This document shows, piece by piece, positions 18,632-31,200 of a stretch of 64,000 bases of DNA; position 1 is the stretch's first letter, and every line of letters begins with the position of its first letter. The notes under the pieces were generated by a model, which saw nothing but the letters and a program-made list of their open reading frames with translations, searched no databases and was not told the origin of the DNA. Position numbers and translations under genes: made by a program. The DNA is from Bdellovibrionales bacterium (GTDB taxonomy: Bacteria > Bdellovibrionota > Bdellovibrionia > Bdellovibrionales > UBA1609). Location of the stretch: assembly GCA_965200875.1 (NCBI GenBank), contig OZ241456.1:960001-1024000 (forward strand). The letters run 5' to 3'.

Positions 18632-18898
18632 TAGTAGTCTGTGAAAAAGTATGTTATTTTGACTGGATTCCCGTTTTCACGGGAATGACTTCCCTTGGGA
18701 AGTTACATGAAAAAAGAGTGTGATAATTGAAACACTAAGGGTTTTTCACGGGTGACTATAGTGGCCCGTGAAAAAGTATGTTATTTTGACTGGATTCCCG
18801 CCAGCAAGTTTGCCAACAACTTGGCTTTTAGTTTCCAAGGGAAAGTACATAAAAAAGTGTGATAATTGAAGAAATGGGGGTTTTTCACGGGGGTAGTA
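18632..18898 (+). mobile_element. Two tandem MITE-like elements (18632-18758, 18759-~18898)
   Basis: Same TIRs; junction gactaTAgtgg; ggattcccgttttcacgggaatgac core. Confidence 0.8.
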
Positions 18899-18915
18899 TT
18901 AGAAAGAAAAAAACA

Positions 18916-18991
18916 GCGGGAGTAGCTCAACTGGTAGAGTATCAGCCTTCCAAGCTGAGGGTTGCGGGTTCGAGGCCCGTCTCCCGCTCCA
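18916..18991 (+). tRNA. tRNA-Gly(TCC)
   Basis: Cloverleaf; anticodon arm tcagc-ctTCCaa-gctga; encoded CCA. Confidence 0.95.
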
Positions 18992-19025
18992 TTTTTGCGG
19001 GCAAGGCAGAGAACAGAAAAAAACA

Positions 19026-19097
19026 GCCCGTGTGGCTCAGTGGCAGAGCACACCCTTGGTAAGGGTGAGATCGTGGGTTCGATTCCCGCCACGGGCT
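19026..19097 (+). tRNA. tRNA-Thr(GGT)
   Basis: GCCCGTG/CACGGGC acceptor; caccc-ttGGTaa-gggtg; CCA not encoded. Confidence 0.95.
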
Positions 19098-19321
19098 TTA
19101 AGGTTTATGTATATCGTAGTTCAATAATGAATATTGATTCCTGTTCCAAGTTTTGATATGTCAAAGGCTTTATGGGGCAATTCAGCTCTGAAAAAGCTTA
19201 ATCTTCTGCTGGAAAAGCTTGTAATAGTTGAATTATTTTGTAAAATGAGTGCTTTTCAGGTATTAAAAAAACAGCATAAATACAATACTTGACAAAAACA
19301 AACATAAAAAAGGGAGGAACA

Positions 19322-20506
19322 GTGGCAAAAGAAAAATTTCAGAGAAATAAAGAACATGTTAATGTTGGCACTATTGGGCATGTAGATCATGGAAAAACAA
19401 CCTTAACGGCGGCTATTACTACTGTTCTGGCTAAAAAGGGCGGAGCTGAGGTTATGGCTTATGATCAAATTGACAAAGCTCCTGAGGAAAAAGCCAGAGG
19501 TATTACTATTTCCACTGCTCATGTGGAATATGAAACGGAAAAACGTCACTATGCTCATGTAGACTGTCCAGGTCACGCTGATTATGTCAAAAACATGATT
19601 ACAGGAGCGGCTCAAATGGATGGAGCTATTTTAGTTGTGTCTGCTGCGGATGGACCTATGCCTCAAACTCGTGAGCACATTTTGTTAGCTCGTCAAGTGG
19701 GTGTTCCGGCTATTGTGGTTTATATGAACAAGTGTGATCAGGTAAATGATCCAGAACTGTTGGAACTGGTTGAAATGGAAATTCGGGAAAGACTGAATGA
19801 TTATAAGTTCCCTGGGGATGATACTCCTATTATTAAAGGTTCTGCTTTAAAAGCTTTGGAGGGAGATGCCAAGGCTGGAGAGTCCATTATGGAGTTGATG
19901 AATGCGATTGACAGCCATATTCCTTCTCCTGTTCGGGATAAAGATAAATCATTTTTGATGCCCATAGAGGATGTGTTTTCCATTTCCGGTCGGGGGACAG
20001 TTGTCACTGGTCGTATTGAAAGAGGAGTTGTGAAAGTTGGAAACGAAGTGGAAATTGTAGGTATTCGTGATACGAAAAAAACAGTGGTGACAGGTATTGA
20101 GATGTTCAGAAAAGAACTGGATCAAGGGGAAGCAGGAGATAACGCCGGTTGTCTACTTAGAGGTGTGGACAAAACAGATGTAGAAAGAGGGCAGGTTTTG
20201 GCTCAACCGGGCACTATTACTCCTCATAAAAAGTTTAAGTGTGAGTGCTATATTTTGACGAAAGATGAAGGTGGCCGTCATACAGCTTTCGTGGATGGTT
20301 ATCGTCCTCAGTTTTATTTCCGCACAACAGATGTAACAGGAAAAGTGATTTTACCGAAAGGTAAGGAAATGGTAATGCCAGGAGATAATGCCACGATGGA
20401 AGTGGAATTGATTTCCTCTATTGCTATGGAAAAAAACAGTAAGTTTGCTGTTCGTGAAGGTGGAAGAACAGTCGGCGCGGGAGTAGTGACTGAAGTTATT
20501 GAATAA
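19322..20506 (+). CDS. tuf: Elongation factor Tu
   Basis: [24 protein letters not shown] start after GGGAGG. Confidence 0.99.
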   Translation: MAKEKFQRNKEHVNVGTIGHVDHGKTTLTAAITTVLAKKGGAEVMAYDQIDKAPEEKARGITISTAHVEYETEKRHYAHVDCPGHADYVKNMITGAAQMDGAILVVSAADGPMPQTREHILLARQVGVPAIVVYMNKCDQVNDPELLELVEMEIRERLNDYKFPGDDTPIIKGSALKALEGDAKAGESIMELMNAIDSHIPSPVRDKDKSFLMPIEDVFSISGRGTVVTGRIERGVVKVGNEVEIVGIRDTKKTVVTGIEMFRKELDQGEAGDNAGCLLRGVDKTDVERGQVLAQPGTITPHKKFKCECYILTKDEGGRHTAFVDGYRPQFYFRTTDVTGKVILPKGKEMVMPGDNATMEVELISSIAMEKNSKFAVREGGRTVGAGVVTEVIE

Positions 20507-20550
20507 AAAAAAAGCGTAGATACGAAAAGGTATTTTGACTTTCATCACAA

Positions 20551-20623
20551 AGGGCAGTAGCTCTAATGGTAGAGCAACGGACTCCAAATCCGTCGGTTGG
20601 GGGTTCGAGTCCCTCCTGCCCTG
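20551..20623 (+). tRNA. tRNA-Trp(CCA)
   Basis: AGGGCAG/CTGCCCT acceptor; acgga-ctCCAaa-tccgt; canonical position before secE. Confidence 0.95.
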
Positions 20624-20713
20624 TATACAGCCATTCGGAAAAAGTCTTCTTTTTCTCGAAAAGAAAGAATGAAAGGCCAATATTGCCTAGAGTCAAAATA
20701 TTGGGTATGGAAT

Positions 20714-21094
20714 ATGATTAAAGAAGAAAACGCAAAAATTATTACTTTATCTTTTGTGTTGGCTGGTTTTCTAACGGCTTTCGTTGTGCGAGTTCTGTTT
20801 GAATTTGTGGCAGTTTATTCAGGAATGATTGCAATAGCGTATGGACAGGAGTGGATTCGTCATGGAGCACCTGTACTGGCCGGCTTGGTTGTTTTTTTAT
20901 TTTTACAGTTCAGGGAGAGAACCAGAATTTGGGCACATGAAGTGGTAGTGGAAGTGCGTAAAGTGGTATGGCCTTCCCGTCAGGCTACTTTGGGAATGAC
21001 AGTTCTGGTTTGTGTTATTTTAATACTTTCTGGTGTTGTTTTAGGTGTGTTCGATCTGGCCAGCAGTGCGGTTATTAACTTTATTATCGATTGA
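20714..21094 (+). CDS. secE: Preprotein translocase subunit SecE
   Basis: EVRKVVWPSR motif, three TM segments, synteny; start chosen at ATG 20714. Confidence 0.9.
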   Translation: MIKEENAKIITLSFVLAGFLTAFVVRVLFEFVAVYSGMIAIAYGQEWIRHGAPVLAGLVVFLFLQFRERTRIWAHEVVVEVRKVVWPSRQATLGMTVLVCVILILSGVVLGVFDLASSAVINFIID

Positions 21095-21113
21095 GGTAAA
21101 AGCCGTACAGGGT

Positions 21114-21698
21114 ATGGTGGATATTTTGAAAAGGATTAAAATAGTGGAATCAGAAGTTACAAAAGATGATTTTAAGTGGTATATCGTTAAAACCAAAACC
21201 AACTGTGAGTTTAAGGCCAAAACGGCTATTCAGAGATTGGCGAAAGATCATCGCTTGTCATCTGAGCTGAAAAATATTTTAATTCCTGAAAAAGATGTGA
21301 TGGAGGTCAGTAAAGGAAAAAAAGTTATACGACCCAGAAAATTTTATCCAGGTTATGTTTTTATTCAAATGCGCTTGACGAATCATTTGTGGCATTTAAT
21401 AAAGAGTGCTTCCAATGTGGTTAATTTTGTGGGTACACAGGGAAAACCCACGGAAGTTCCCGCGCAACAAATTTCGGCTATCACAAATCGGATAGAGGAA
21501 GATGTAGAGCATCCTCATTCCAAAGTTTCTTTTACAGCTGGAGAACATGTAAAAGTAATAGATGGTCCTTTTAAAACTTTTGGTGGAGTGGTAGAAGAGG
21601 TAAATCAGGAAAAAGGAAGAGTTAAGGTTTCTGTGAGTATTTTTGGACGCCCCACGCCGGTGGAATTGGATTTTTCACAGGTATATCGGGAAGAATGA
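21114..21698 (+). CDS. nusG: Transcription termination/antitermination factor NusG
   Basis: KWYIV, FYPGYVF, VIDGPF, VSIFGRPTPVEL; start uncertain. Confidence 0.95.
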   Translation: MVDILKRIKIVESEVTKDDFKWYIVKTKTNCEFKAKTAIQRLAKDHRLSSELKNILIPEKDVMEVSKGKKVIRPRKFYPGYVFIQMRLTNHLWHLIKSASNVVNFVGTQGKPTEVPAQQISAITNRIEEDVEHPHSKVSFTAGEHVKVIDGPFKTFGGVVEEVNQEKGRVKVSVSIFGRPTPVELDFSQVYREE

Positions 21699-21712
21699 AA
21701 GTTTAGGTAAAA

Positions 21713-22138
21713 ATGGCAAAAAAAGTAGTTTCTCAAATTAAGCTTCAGATCCCGGCTGGCAAAGCCAATCCGGCACCTCCAGTTGGCCCGGCTTTAGGTC
21801 AACATGGAGTCAATATTATGGATTTTTGCAAACAGTTTAACGCAAAGACTCAGAAAATGGGGGACACAGTTGTACCAGTGATTATTGATGTTTTTCAAGA
21901 CAGATCTTTTTCTTTTATTACAAAAACACCACCTGTATCGGTTCTTTTGAAAAAGGCTGTTGGCATCGAAAGCGGTTCTAAAATGCCTCAAAAAGAAAAA
22001 GTGGGAAAAATAAGTATGGATAAAATTAATGAAATTGCCAAGCTTAAAATGCCGGACTTAAACGGGTTGGAGCTGAAATCAGCGATTTCTCAGGTAATAG
22101 GAACTGCTAAAAGCATGGGTTTGGAAATTGTGCAATGA
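21713..22138 (+). CDS. rplK: 50S ribosomal protein L11
   Basis: [26 protein letters not shown]. Confidence 0.99.
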   Translation: MAKKVVSQIKLQIPAGKANPAPPVGPALGQHGVNIMDFCKQFNAKTQKMGDTVVPVIIDVFQDRSFSFITKTPPVSVLLKKAVGIESGSKMPQKEKVGKISMDKINEIAKLKMPDLNGLELKSAISQVIGTAKSMGLEIVQ

Positions 22139-22824
22139 GTGGAAAAAAGTACAGAGCTGTTAAAGAAAAGCTTAAAGATCAGAAGTATTCTGTGGATGAA
22201 GCCTTAAAACTGGTGCTGGAAAATCCTTCAGCAAAGTTTGATGAATCCGTGGATGTGGCTGTTATGTTAGGGGTGGACATACGAAAAAACGAGCAACAGG
22301 TGCGTGGTTCTGTAGCTCTTCCTCATGGTTTGGGAAAAAAGACGCGGGTTTTGGTGTTTGCAAAAGGTTCCGCTGAAGAACAAGCTCGGCAAGCAGGAGC
22401 AGATTTTGTGGGATCGGAAGATATGGTGGAAAAAATAAAACAGGGGTGGTTGGATTTTGACTCAGCCATATCCACGCCGGATATGATGCTAATGGTGTCT
22501 AAAGTGGCCAAGATCCTTGGGCCAAAGGGTTTAATGCCAAATCCGAAGTTAGGAACGGTAACCTCTAAAGTGACTCAGGCGGTGGAAAATCAGAAAAAAG
22601 GGACAGCCAATTTCCGAGCAGATAAAAATGGCATCATTCATAGCTCTATTGGTCGTTGTTCAATGAGTTTGGATAGTATAAAAGAAAATTTTTTGACTTT
22701 TTTGAAGGCAATAGTGAAGGCCAAGCCCTCTTCCAGTAAAGGTATTTACTTGAAGAAGATAGCTCTTTCTTCCACGATGGGACCTTCTGTTTTAGCGGAT
22801 ACCTCTGACAGTGCTTTTGATTAA
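22135..22824 (+). CDS. rplA: 50S ribosomal protein L1
   Basis: [29 protein letters not shown]. Confidence 0.99.
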   Translation: MSGKKYRAVKEKLKDQKYSVDEALKLVLENPSAKFDESVDVAVMLGVDIRKNEQQVRGSVALPHGLGKKTRVLVFAKGSAEEQARQAGADFVGSEDMVEKIKQGWLDFDSAISTPDMMLMVSKVAKILGPKGLMPNPKLGTVTSKVTQAVENQKKGTANFRADKNGIIHSSIGRCSMSLDSIKENFLTFLKAIVKAKPSSSKGIYLKKIALSSTMGPSVLADTSDSAFD

Positions 22825-22946
22825 GCATATATGAGAGTAGTCCTACAAACACCTTTTGTTGTAAAGCTTAAGAATATATGAGAAGTTAAAAACCCGATAA
22901 ACTGAAATTTGTGCAGAAATTTATAAATAACAAGGAGTAAATAGAA

Positions 22947-23474
22947 TTGATTACCCGATTGGAAAAAGAAGCGCAAGTTAAGAATATTTCTGATAATATC
23001 CAGAAAGCTAAAGCTGGTTTTCTGGTTGATTTTCAGGGCTTGAGTGTGCAACAGATAACAGAAATGAGAAAAGAATTGAGAAATGAAGGTATGGCTGATA
23101 TGAAAGTGTGTAGAAACACTTTGTTTAAAAACGCTTTTTCTGCTTGGCCAGAAATGAAAGAGCATTTTAGCAGTAGTCTCACTGGTGCTAATGCCTTTGT
23201 TTTTGCTTTTGGTGAACCATCCCGTGTGGCTAAAGTTTTAGCGGATTATGCGGAAAAAACAGAAGCCTTACAAATTAAGAAAGGTATGTTGGATGGAAAA
23301 GGCATTAGCGCGGAGGATGTAAAAGCGTTGGCTAAATTGCCACCGATGGAGGTATTGAGAGCCATGTTGTTGGGTGTGTTTTCAGCACCTCTTTCGCAAC
23401 TGTTGTCTGTTTTTTCGGCAGTTCCTGAAAGTTTGTTAAGAGTTATGTCTGCGCGGAAAAAAGATAAAAAATAA
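22947..23474 (+). CDS. rplJ: 50S ribosomal protein L10
   Basis: DFQGLSV..LR, KVCRNTL, LAKLP; synteny. Confidence 0.95.
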   Translation: MITRLEKEAQVKNISDNIQKAKAGFLVDFQGLSVQQITEMRKELRNEGMADMKVCRNTLFKNAFSAWPEMKEHFSSSLTGANAFVFAFGEPSRVAKVLADYAEKTEALQIKKGMLDGKGISAEDVKALAKLPPMEVLRAMLLGVFSAPLSQLLSVFSAVPESLLRVMSARKKDKK

Positions 23475-23555
23475 AAATCAACAAAAAGTGAAAGTGACCA
23501 ACCATCAGGATCAGGTTATGAACTTAAAATAAAAACAACAGAAACGGAGGAAAAA

Positions 23556-23933
23556 ATGACAATCACAAAAGAACAGCTTATTGAGCATCTGTCCAATATG
23601 CCAGTCATTGAGGTGGCAGGGCTTATTAAAGATCTGGAGGAAAAATGGGGTGTGAGCGCAAACGCGCCTGTTGCTGTTCAGGCAGTAGCGGGAGCGACTT
23701 CTGCTGAGGCGGAAGAGGAAAAAACAGAGTTTAATGTTACTTTAGCGGTTGTGGGTTCCAACAAAATTTCGGTTATTAAGGAAGTGCGCAGTCTTACCGG
23801 TCTTGGATTGAAAGAAGCGAAAGATCTGGTTGATGGTGCTCCTAAAACGATAAAGGAAAAAGTTTCCAAAGAGGAAGCAGATAAAATGAAGACAGCTTTG
23901 GAAAAAGCTGGTGCAAAAGTGGAAGTGAAATAA
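23556..23933 (+). CDS. rplL: 50S ribosomal protein L7/L12
   Basis: [26 protein letters not shown]. Confidence 0.99.
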   Translation: MTITKEQLIEHLSNMPVIEVAGLIKDLEEKWGVSANAPVAVQAVAGATSAEAEEEKTEFNVTLAVVGSNKISVIKEVRSLTGLGLKEAKDLVDGAPKTIKEKVSKEEADKMKTALEKAGAKVEVK

Positions 23934-24023
23934 TTTTTTGTATGAAAAACAACACTTGATTTTATAAATGTTTAAAAAATATTTACTTATAAAAATCATC
24001 AGCAAAAATTTTAAGGAGGACGA

Positions 24024-27000
24024 ATGTCCAAATCTCCTGTAACAGCGTCCAACCTACGATTAAGGAAAAGTTTTGGTCGTGTGGCAAACGCAGTGGATGT
24101 GCCAAATCTGATAGAATTGCAAAAATATTCTTACGAAAAATTTTTACAAAAAGATGTGGATCCGGATCGTAGGGAAGATTGCGGTCTGCAAGCGGTCTTA
24201 AAATCCATTTTCCCTATTCAGGACTATAAAGGTGTTTTGCAGATGGAGTTTGTGAAGTATATCCTGAAGCATCCGGTTTATGATATTGACGAGTGCAGGC
24301 AAAGAAAAATCAGTTACGCAGCCCCTTTAAAGGTTTTATTGCGTTTGATTGTGTTTGATATTCCAGAAGGTTCCGGTGAAAAAACAATCCGGGATGTTAA
24401 AGAGCAAGAAGTATTTTTAGGGGAAGTTCCTCTTATGACAGACAGTGGTTCCTTTATTATTAATGGAACGGAAAGAGTCATTGTATCTCAGCTTCATCGT
24501 TCTCCGGGTGTGTTTTTCGATCACGATGGAGGCAAGTCCAATACAAGTGGGAAATTAATTTATTCCGCTCGCATAATTCCTTATCGAGGTTCTTGGTTGG
24601 ATTTTGAGTTTGATCATAAAGATCTGGTTTATGCCCGGATTGATCGTCGTCGTAAGTTTCCAGCCACTATTTTCTTAAAAGCCCTAAATTATACGGCAGA
24701 AGAAATTTTGGAATATTTTTATGATCTTTCTCTGGTGTCCTTGCGAGCCAATGGAAAGATTTTTCGGCCTATTGATATTGAAAAAATGGCCGGTCAAAGA
24801 GCACCGGTTGATATTAAAGACAATAAAGGAAATGTGTTTATTAAAGCTGGCAGAAGAATCACTCGTTTGGCTATAAAAAGAGTTTTATCTGAGGGTATTA
24901 AAAAAGTGGAGTTGACCTCTGAAGATTTGACAAGTGCAGTGATAGCCAAGCCTTTATTTAATGCCAAAACAGGTGAAATAATTGCTGATACCAATCAGGT
25001 TATGACGGAAGAAATTTTCACGAAGGCGAAAGCCAATGGCATTTCCCAGTTTTATTTAATCTTTTTTGATGGTTTTACAGTGGGACCTTATTTATGCAAT
25101 ACTCTTTTGCAGGATAAAGTGTTCAATCGGGAAGAGGCTTTGATTGATATTTACAAGAGAATGCGACCAGGTGAGCCTCCCACTTTGGAGGCGTCTGAAG
25201 TTTTTTTTGATCGTTTGTTTTTTCAACCTGAAACTTATGATCTAGGGGAAGTGGGCAGGCTGAAAATGAATCACCGGTTTAACACTTCTCTTTCGTCCGA
25301 TGATAAAACCCTGGGAATTTTAAAGAAAGAGGATATTTTGAATGTTATCTATACTCTGATCGACTTAAAAAATGGTAAAGGGCAGGTGGACGATATAGAT
25401 CATCTGGGCAATCGTCGTGTGCGATCCGTTGGAGAATTGGTGGAAAATCAATACCGCATTGGTTTGGTGCGGATGGAAAGAGTGATCCGGGAAAGAATGA
25501 GCATGAAAGACCTAGATACAATGATGCCTCATGATCTTATTAACGCAAAATCTGTTTCTGCGGTGGTAAAGGAATTTTTTGGTTCCAGTCAGCTTTCCCA
25601 GTTTATGGATCAAACTAACCCATTATCTGAGATCACGCACAAGCGTCGTTTATCTGCTTTGGGTCCCGGTGGTTTAACCCGCGATCGTGCTGGTTTCGAA
25701 GTGAGAGATGTGCACCCCACTCACTATGGGCGGATATGTCCCATTGAAACCCCGGAAGGTCCTAATATTGGCTTGATTGCCTCTTTGGCCACTTTCGCTC
25801 GAATCAATAAATATGGTTTTATTGAAACACCTTATTGTGAAGTGAGTAAAAACAAAGTCACTGATAAAATAAATTATGTTTCCGCTTTGGAGGAGCAAAA
25901 GCATTGTATTGCGCAGGCAGATCCTCAGTTTAATTCTCTCTCCAAGGAGCAAAATGTGACTGTTCGTATGGACGGGGAGTATAAGGTTGTAAGAAAAGAG
26001 GATGTATCTTTGATGGATGTGTCCCCCAGCCAGCTGGTATCTATTGCGTCTTCTCTTATTCCTTTTTTGGAGCATGATGACGCTAACCGTGCCCTCATGG
26101 GTTCCAATATGCAGAGGCAGGCAGTTCCTCTTATGAAAACCAGTGCTCCTTTGGTGGGGACAGGAGTGGAAAAGTTGGTGGCCAGAGACTCTGTAACCAG
26201 TGTGGTTTGTAAAGCGGATGGTGTTGTAGAGGAAGTAGATGCAAGTCGGATTGTTGTGCGTCTTTTTCATAGGAGCGGGAAACTGGGTGCCAGTGTGGAT
26301 ATTTACAATTTGATTAAGTATCAAAAAACAAATCAAAATACCTGTTTCAATCAAAAGCCTATTGTTAAGCATGGTGATTATGTTCGAAAAGGGGATGTTA
26401 TTGCAGATGGTCCTTCGACAGATAAAGGAGAGCTGGCTTTGGGTCAAAATATTCTGGTGGCTTTTACTCCTTGGGCTGGATATAATTTTGAGGATTCCAT
26501 ACTCATCTCTGAGCGTCTTATCAAAAAGGATGTGTATACTTCCATTCATATAGAAGAATTTGAATGTGTGGCCAGGGACACCAAATTGGGTCGTGAGGAG
26601 ATCACAGCTGATATTGCTAATGTAGGGGAAGAGGCTTTAAAGGATTTGAATGTATCGGGTATTATTCGTATTGGTGCGGAAGTCAATCCAGGGGATATTT
26701 TGGTTGGAAAAATCACTCCAAAAGGGGAAGCTCAGGTTTCCCCTGAGAAGAAACTTTTGTTGGCTATTTTTGGGGAAAAAGCTGGGGAGGTGCGTGACAC
26801 TTCTCTTCGCGCTCCATCCGGTGTGAATGGAACTGTTATCAATACACAGGTGTATAGTCGTGATCCTATGGATAACAATGAAAGGCTCAGTGAAATTCTT
26901 CGGGAAAAACGTGAAAAATTAAAAAAGGATTTTGAAATTGAAAAGAATGTGATTCAAAACAACACTATTGATGAGATCAGGGATATATTGATTGGCCAAA

Positions 27001-28262
27001 AAACAGTGGATGTGCTTTTGAGTGATGATGGTTCGGAAGAATTATTATCCAAGGATCATACGATTGAAAGTCACGATGTGGATAAAATCCCTTTTGATCT
27101 ACTAGCTTATGTGCCTTTGATGGATGACTCTTTGGTGGAGAGTATTTCCAAGAGGGTGGAGTCAGCTAAGAACAGGTTATCAGCTGTGGAAATGGTTTTT
27201 CAGGACAGAGTGGAGCGTCTTTCAAAGGGGGATGAAATGCCTCCCGGTGTGATTAAAATGGTAAAGGTGTATGTGGCCGTTAAAAGAAAGCTGAAAGTGG
27301 GGGATAAATTTGCCGGACGCCACGGAAATAAAGGGGTGATATCTCATGTTTTACCGGAAGAGAGCATGCCCTATTTAATGGATGGTTCCCCTGTTGATAT
27401 GGTTCTCAACCCTTTAGGAGTGCCGTCTCGTATGAACATTGGTCAGATTTTGGAGACCCATTTAGGGTGGGCGGCTTATGCTTTAGGACATCAGCTGAAG
27501 GAGCATATTGATAATTCCCAACTGGAAAATGTTCGATCTATTTTGTTAAGTTTTTATAAAAACGACAAGTTACTCGTTGAGAAGGTGAAAAAAGCGGATG
27601 ATGACTCTTTAAAGAAAATAGTTAGTGATATGCAGGATGGGGTGTTTATTGCCACTCCAGTTTTTGATGGAGCTACAGAAGTGGATGTGAAAAATCTTTT
27701 AGATGAAACAGAGCTTCCTAAGTCTGGTCAGACTGTATTATTTGATGGCAGGACGGGAGAGCCTTTTCATCGGCCTGTCACAGTGGGAGTGATGTATATG
27801 TTGAAGTTGCATCATCTTGTGGAGGAAAAAATACATGCGCGTTCGATTGGACCTTATTCTCTAGTGTCTCAACAACCTCTTGGAGGGAAAGCGCAGTTTG
27901 GTGGCCAACGTTTAGGAGAAATGGAAGTATGGGCTATTGAAGCTTATGGAGCTGCTTATTGTCTTCAGGAGTTTTTGACTGTAAAATCAGACGATGTGGC
28001 TGGACGAACCAGAATGTATGAAAGTATCGTTAAAGGCGAAAATATTTTAGAACCCGGTATTCCTGAATCTTTTAATGTTTTAATTAAAGAGCTTCAAGGT
28101 CTTGGTTTGGATGTGGAAATGATTGAATCAGAGCTTTTGACGGAGGTTCCTAAATTAGCCAAAGCCGACAGTAATTCAGCGGATTTTTCACCAGCCCCTG
28201 CGAAAAAAGAAAAGGCTCAGCAGGTATCAGTTATGCGGGAATCTATCAAACCAAAGGAGTAA
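24024..28262 (+). CDS. rpoB: RNA polymerase beta subunit
   Basis: [38 protein letters not shown]. Confidence 0.99.
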   Translation: MSKSPVTASNLRLRKSFGRVANAVDVPNLIELQKYSYEKFLQKDVDPDRREDCGLQAVLKSIFPIQDYKGVLQMEFVKYILKHPVYDIDECRQRKISYAAPLKVLLRLIVFDIPEGSGEKTIRDVKEQEVFLGEVPLMTDSGSFIINGTERVIVSQLHRSPGVFFDHDGGKSNTSGKLIYSARIIPYRGSWLDFEFDHKDLVYARIDRRRKFPATIFLKALNYTAEEILEYFYDLSLVSLRANGKIFRPIDIEKMAGQRAPVDIKDNKGNVFIKAGRRITRLAIKRVLSEGIKKVELTSEDLTSAVIAKPLFNAKTGEIIADTNQVMTEEIFTKAKANGISQFYLIFFDGFTVGPYLCNTLLQDKVFNREEALIDIYKRMRPGEPPTLEASEVFFDRLFFQPETYDLGEVGRLKMNHRFNTSLSSDDKTLGILKKEDILNVIYTLIDLKNGKGQVDDIDHLGNRRVRSVGELVENQYRIGLVRMERVIRERMSMKDLDTMMPHDLINAKSVSAVVKEFFGSSQLSQFMDQTNPLSEITHKRRLSALGPGGLTRDRAGFEVRDVHPTHYGRICPIETPEGPNIGLIASLATFARINKYGFIETPYCEVSKNKVTDKINYVSALEEQKHCIAQADPQFNSLSKEQNVTVRMDGEYKVVRKEDVSLMDVSPSQLVSIASSLIPFLEHDDANRALMGSNMQRQAVPLMKTSAPLVGTGVEKLVARDSVTSVVCKADGVVEEVDASRIVVRLFHRSGKLGASVDIYNLIKYQKTNQNTCFNQKPIVKHGDYVRKGDVIADGPSTDKGELALGQNILVAFTPWAGYNFEDSILISERLIKKDVYTSIHIEEFECVARDTKLGREEITADIANVGEEALKDLNVSGIIRIGAEVNPGDILVGKITPKGEAQVSPEKKLLLAIFGEKAGEVRDTSLRAPSGVNGTVINTQVYSRDPMDNNERLSEILREKREKLKKDFEIEKNVIQNNTIDEIRDILIGQKTVDVLLSDDGSEELLSKDHTIESHDVDKIPFDLLAYVPLMDDSLVESISKRVESAKNRLSAVEMVFQDRVERLSKGDEMPPGVIKMVKVYVAVKRKLKVGDKFAGRHGNKGVISHVLPEESMPYLMDGSPVDMVLNPLGVPSRMNIGQILETHLGWAAYALGHQLKEHIDNSQLENVRSILLSFYKNDKLLVEKVKKADDDSLKKIVSDMQDGVFIATPVFDGATEVDVKNLLDETELPKSGQTVLFDGRTGEPFHRPVTVGVMYMLKLHHLVEEKIHARSIGPYSLVSQQPLGGKAQFGGQRLGEMEVWAIEAYGAAYCLQEFLTVKSDDVAGRTRMYESIVKGENILEPGIPESFNVLIKELQGLGLDVEMIESELLTEVPKLAKADSNSADFSPAPAKKEKAQQVSVMRESIKPKE

Positions 28263-28265
28263 AAA

Positions 28266-31200
28266 GTGAGAGATTTATTAAACTTTTTTGACAAGCCAAA
28301 AGATCCTTTGGCTTTTAATGGTGTCAGGGTATCTTTGGCTTCTCCAGATAAAATTCGTACATGGAGTTATGGAGAGGTAAGAAAACCGGAAACTATCAAC
28401 TACCGGACTTTTAAACCGGAGCGGGAAGGGCTTTTTTGTGCCAAGATTTTTGGGCCGGTAAGAGATCATGAATGTTTGTGTGGAAAATACAAGGGGATGA
28501 AGTATCGTGCCGTGATTTGTGAAAAATGCGGTGTGGAAGTCACGAAATCCAAAGTGAGAAGAGAACGCATTGGGCATATTCAGCTGGCTACTCCTGTGGC
28601 TCATGTGTGGATGTTGCGATCCCTTCCCAGCCGGATAGGTGTTTTGCTGGATATGAACTTTAAAGAAGTGGAGAGGGTGCTTTATTGTGAGTCTTATGTT
28701 GTGTTGGATGCTAAAGACACGGAATTGCAAAAAGGTCAGCTTCTCTCTGAATCAGAGTATCAGGCCGCACAGCTGAAATATGGTCCTCATTTTTCTGCTG
28801 GTACTGGAGGAGAGGCTATTAGGGACTTACTGCAAGAGCTGGATCTGGAATTTCTTTCCCGGAAAATCCGCAGAGAATTGCATGACACAAAATTGGTTAC
28901 TCTCACTAAAAAGCTTACCAAGCGATTGAAAGTGGTGGAGACTTTTCTTCACTCCACCAACCGGCCGGAGTGGATGATGCTGGAAGCTTTACCTGTTATT
29001 CCTCCTGATCTTCGTCCTTTGGTGCCTTTGGATGGAGGACGCTTTGCCGCTTCAGATTTAAATGATTTGTATCGTCGGGTTATTAACCGGAATAATCGTT
29101 TAAAGAAACTAAAGGAGCTAAACGCGCCAGAAGTGATTATCCGAAATGAAAAAAGAATGCTCCAAGAAGCAGTGGATTCTTTACTGGATAATGGGCGGGG
29201 TGGCAAAACATTCACCAGTGCGAATAAAAGACCTCTTCGTTCCTTAAGCGATATGTTGAAAGGAAAGCAAGGTCGTTTTCGTCAAAACCTTCTTGGGAAG
29301 CGTGTGGATTATTCAGGAAGATCTGTTATTGTGGTAGGGCCTAAGCTTCGTTTGCACCAGTGTGGTGTGCCTAAAAAAATGGCTTTGGAGTTGTTTAAAC
29401 CTTTTGTTTATAACAAATTGCAGGAAAGAGGTTTAGCCGTTACCATTAAGCAAGCCAAGAAACTGGTGGATCAGGAAAGTGTAGAAGTATGGGATATTTT
29501 ATCTGAAGTGGTGAGAGAACATCCTGTATTGCTTAATCGTGCTCCCACCTTGCATCGTCTTGGTATTCAGGCTTTTGAACCTATTTTGCATGAAGGAAAA
29601 GCGATTCTGCTTCATCCTCTGGTTTGCACAGCTTTTAATGCTGACTTTGATGGAGACCAAATGGCAGTTCATGTTCCCTTATCAGTGGAGGCTCAGGTGG
29701 AAGCTCGTGTTCTGGTTATGTCCACCAATAATATTTTAAGTCCAGCCAATGGCAAGCCCATTATTAACCCTACTCAGGATATTGTTTTGGGGATTTACTG
29801 GATGACCCGTATTCGTCCTGGCGCGAAAGGATCGGGAAAACTTTTCAGCTGTGTGCAGGATGTGATTTATGCTTATGAAAATGGTTATGTGGATCTGCAA
29901 GCTGAGATTAAATGTTACATAAAAGGCAAACTGGTGGATATTTCCGTTGGGCGTGCTCTTCTCAGTGATGTTATTCCATACGAAGTGCCTTTGGAATATT
30001 ATAACAAAGTAATGAATAAAAAAGCCTTGGCGGATTTAATTGATAAAACTTTCCGTTTGTGTGGCGGAAAGAAAACTGTTTTGTTGGCGGACGCCTTAAA
30101 AAATTATGGATTTAAGTACTCAACTCTAGCTGGTATTTCAATATGTTTGGATGACTTGGTGATTCCAAAATCCAAGGAGAGTTTACTGAAAAAAGCTCGT
30201 CAGCAAGTGGAGGAGATTCGCACTCAGTATGATGAGGGATTGATTACTGACAGTGAAAGATACAATAAGGTGGTGGATATATGGACTCACTGTGGAGATC
30301 GAGTGGCCAAAGAAATGATGAGCAATCTGGAAAAAGACACTTTTACTTTAAAGGACGGAAAGAAAGTGGACTCGGACAGTTTTAATTCCATTTTTATCAT
30401 GGCTGATTCCGGGGCAAGAGGTTCAGCAGCTCAAATTCGTCAGCTGGCTGGTATGCGGGGCTTGATGGCAAAACCCTCTCAGGAAATTATCGAAACTCCC
30501 ATTACTGCCAACTTTCGCGAAGGTTTGACAGTTTTACAATATTTTATTTCCACACATGGAGCGAGAAAAGGTTTGGCAGATACAGCTCTTAAAACAGCTA
30601 ACTCTGGTTATCTGACTCGTAAGTTGGTGGATGTGGCTCAAGATCTGGTGATCACAGAGCGAGATTGTGGCTCTTCTGAATATATGGAAGTAAAAGCTCC
30701 CATAGAAGGAGGGGGTATGGAGCAGTCTTTAAGTGATCGTGTATTGGGTCGAACAGCGTTTGAAGATATCAGACACCCTAGCAGTGATGAACTGCTGGTG
30801 CAAGCCGGTGAAGAGATAAGCGAGCGTGTATTATCCGGTTTGGAATCTGCTGGTATTGAGTCTGTGAAAATTCGATCAGCCCTTACCTGTCAGGCGCATA
30901 GAGGACTTTGCGTTAAATGTTATGGTCGTGATTTAGCTCGTGGTCAGACAGTGAATCTGGGTGAACCAGTGGGTGTGATAGCCGCTCAATCTATCGGTGA
31001 ACCTGGCACTCAGCTTACCATGAAGACTTTTCACACGGGAGGAACAGCTTCCCGGTCAGTGGAGCAATCCGTACACACCGCCCGCCACGATGGAATCATT
31101 AAGTTTGATAATATTGTGGCTATTGAAAATAAAATTCGCAAGCTAACAGTAATGAACCGAGGTGGTGACTTGCTGGTTGTGGATGAGAAGGGGCGTGAAA

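Noticed and set aside
18781..20696. Short ORFs overlapping the tRNA genes (18781-19092, 18962-19156, 20351-20680, 20496-20696; also 36216-36542)
   Set aside because: Typical spurious translations of tRNA sequences.
25674..26549. 291-aa antisense ORF within rpoB and other shadow ORFs in rpoBC/tuf
   Set aside because: Antisense to highly conserved genes with no recognisable motifs.
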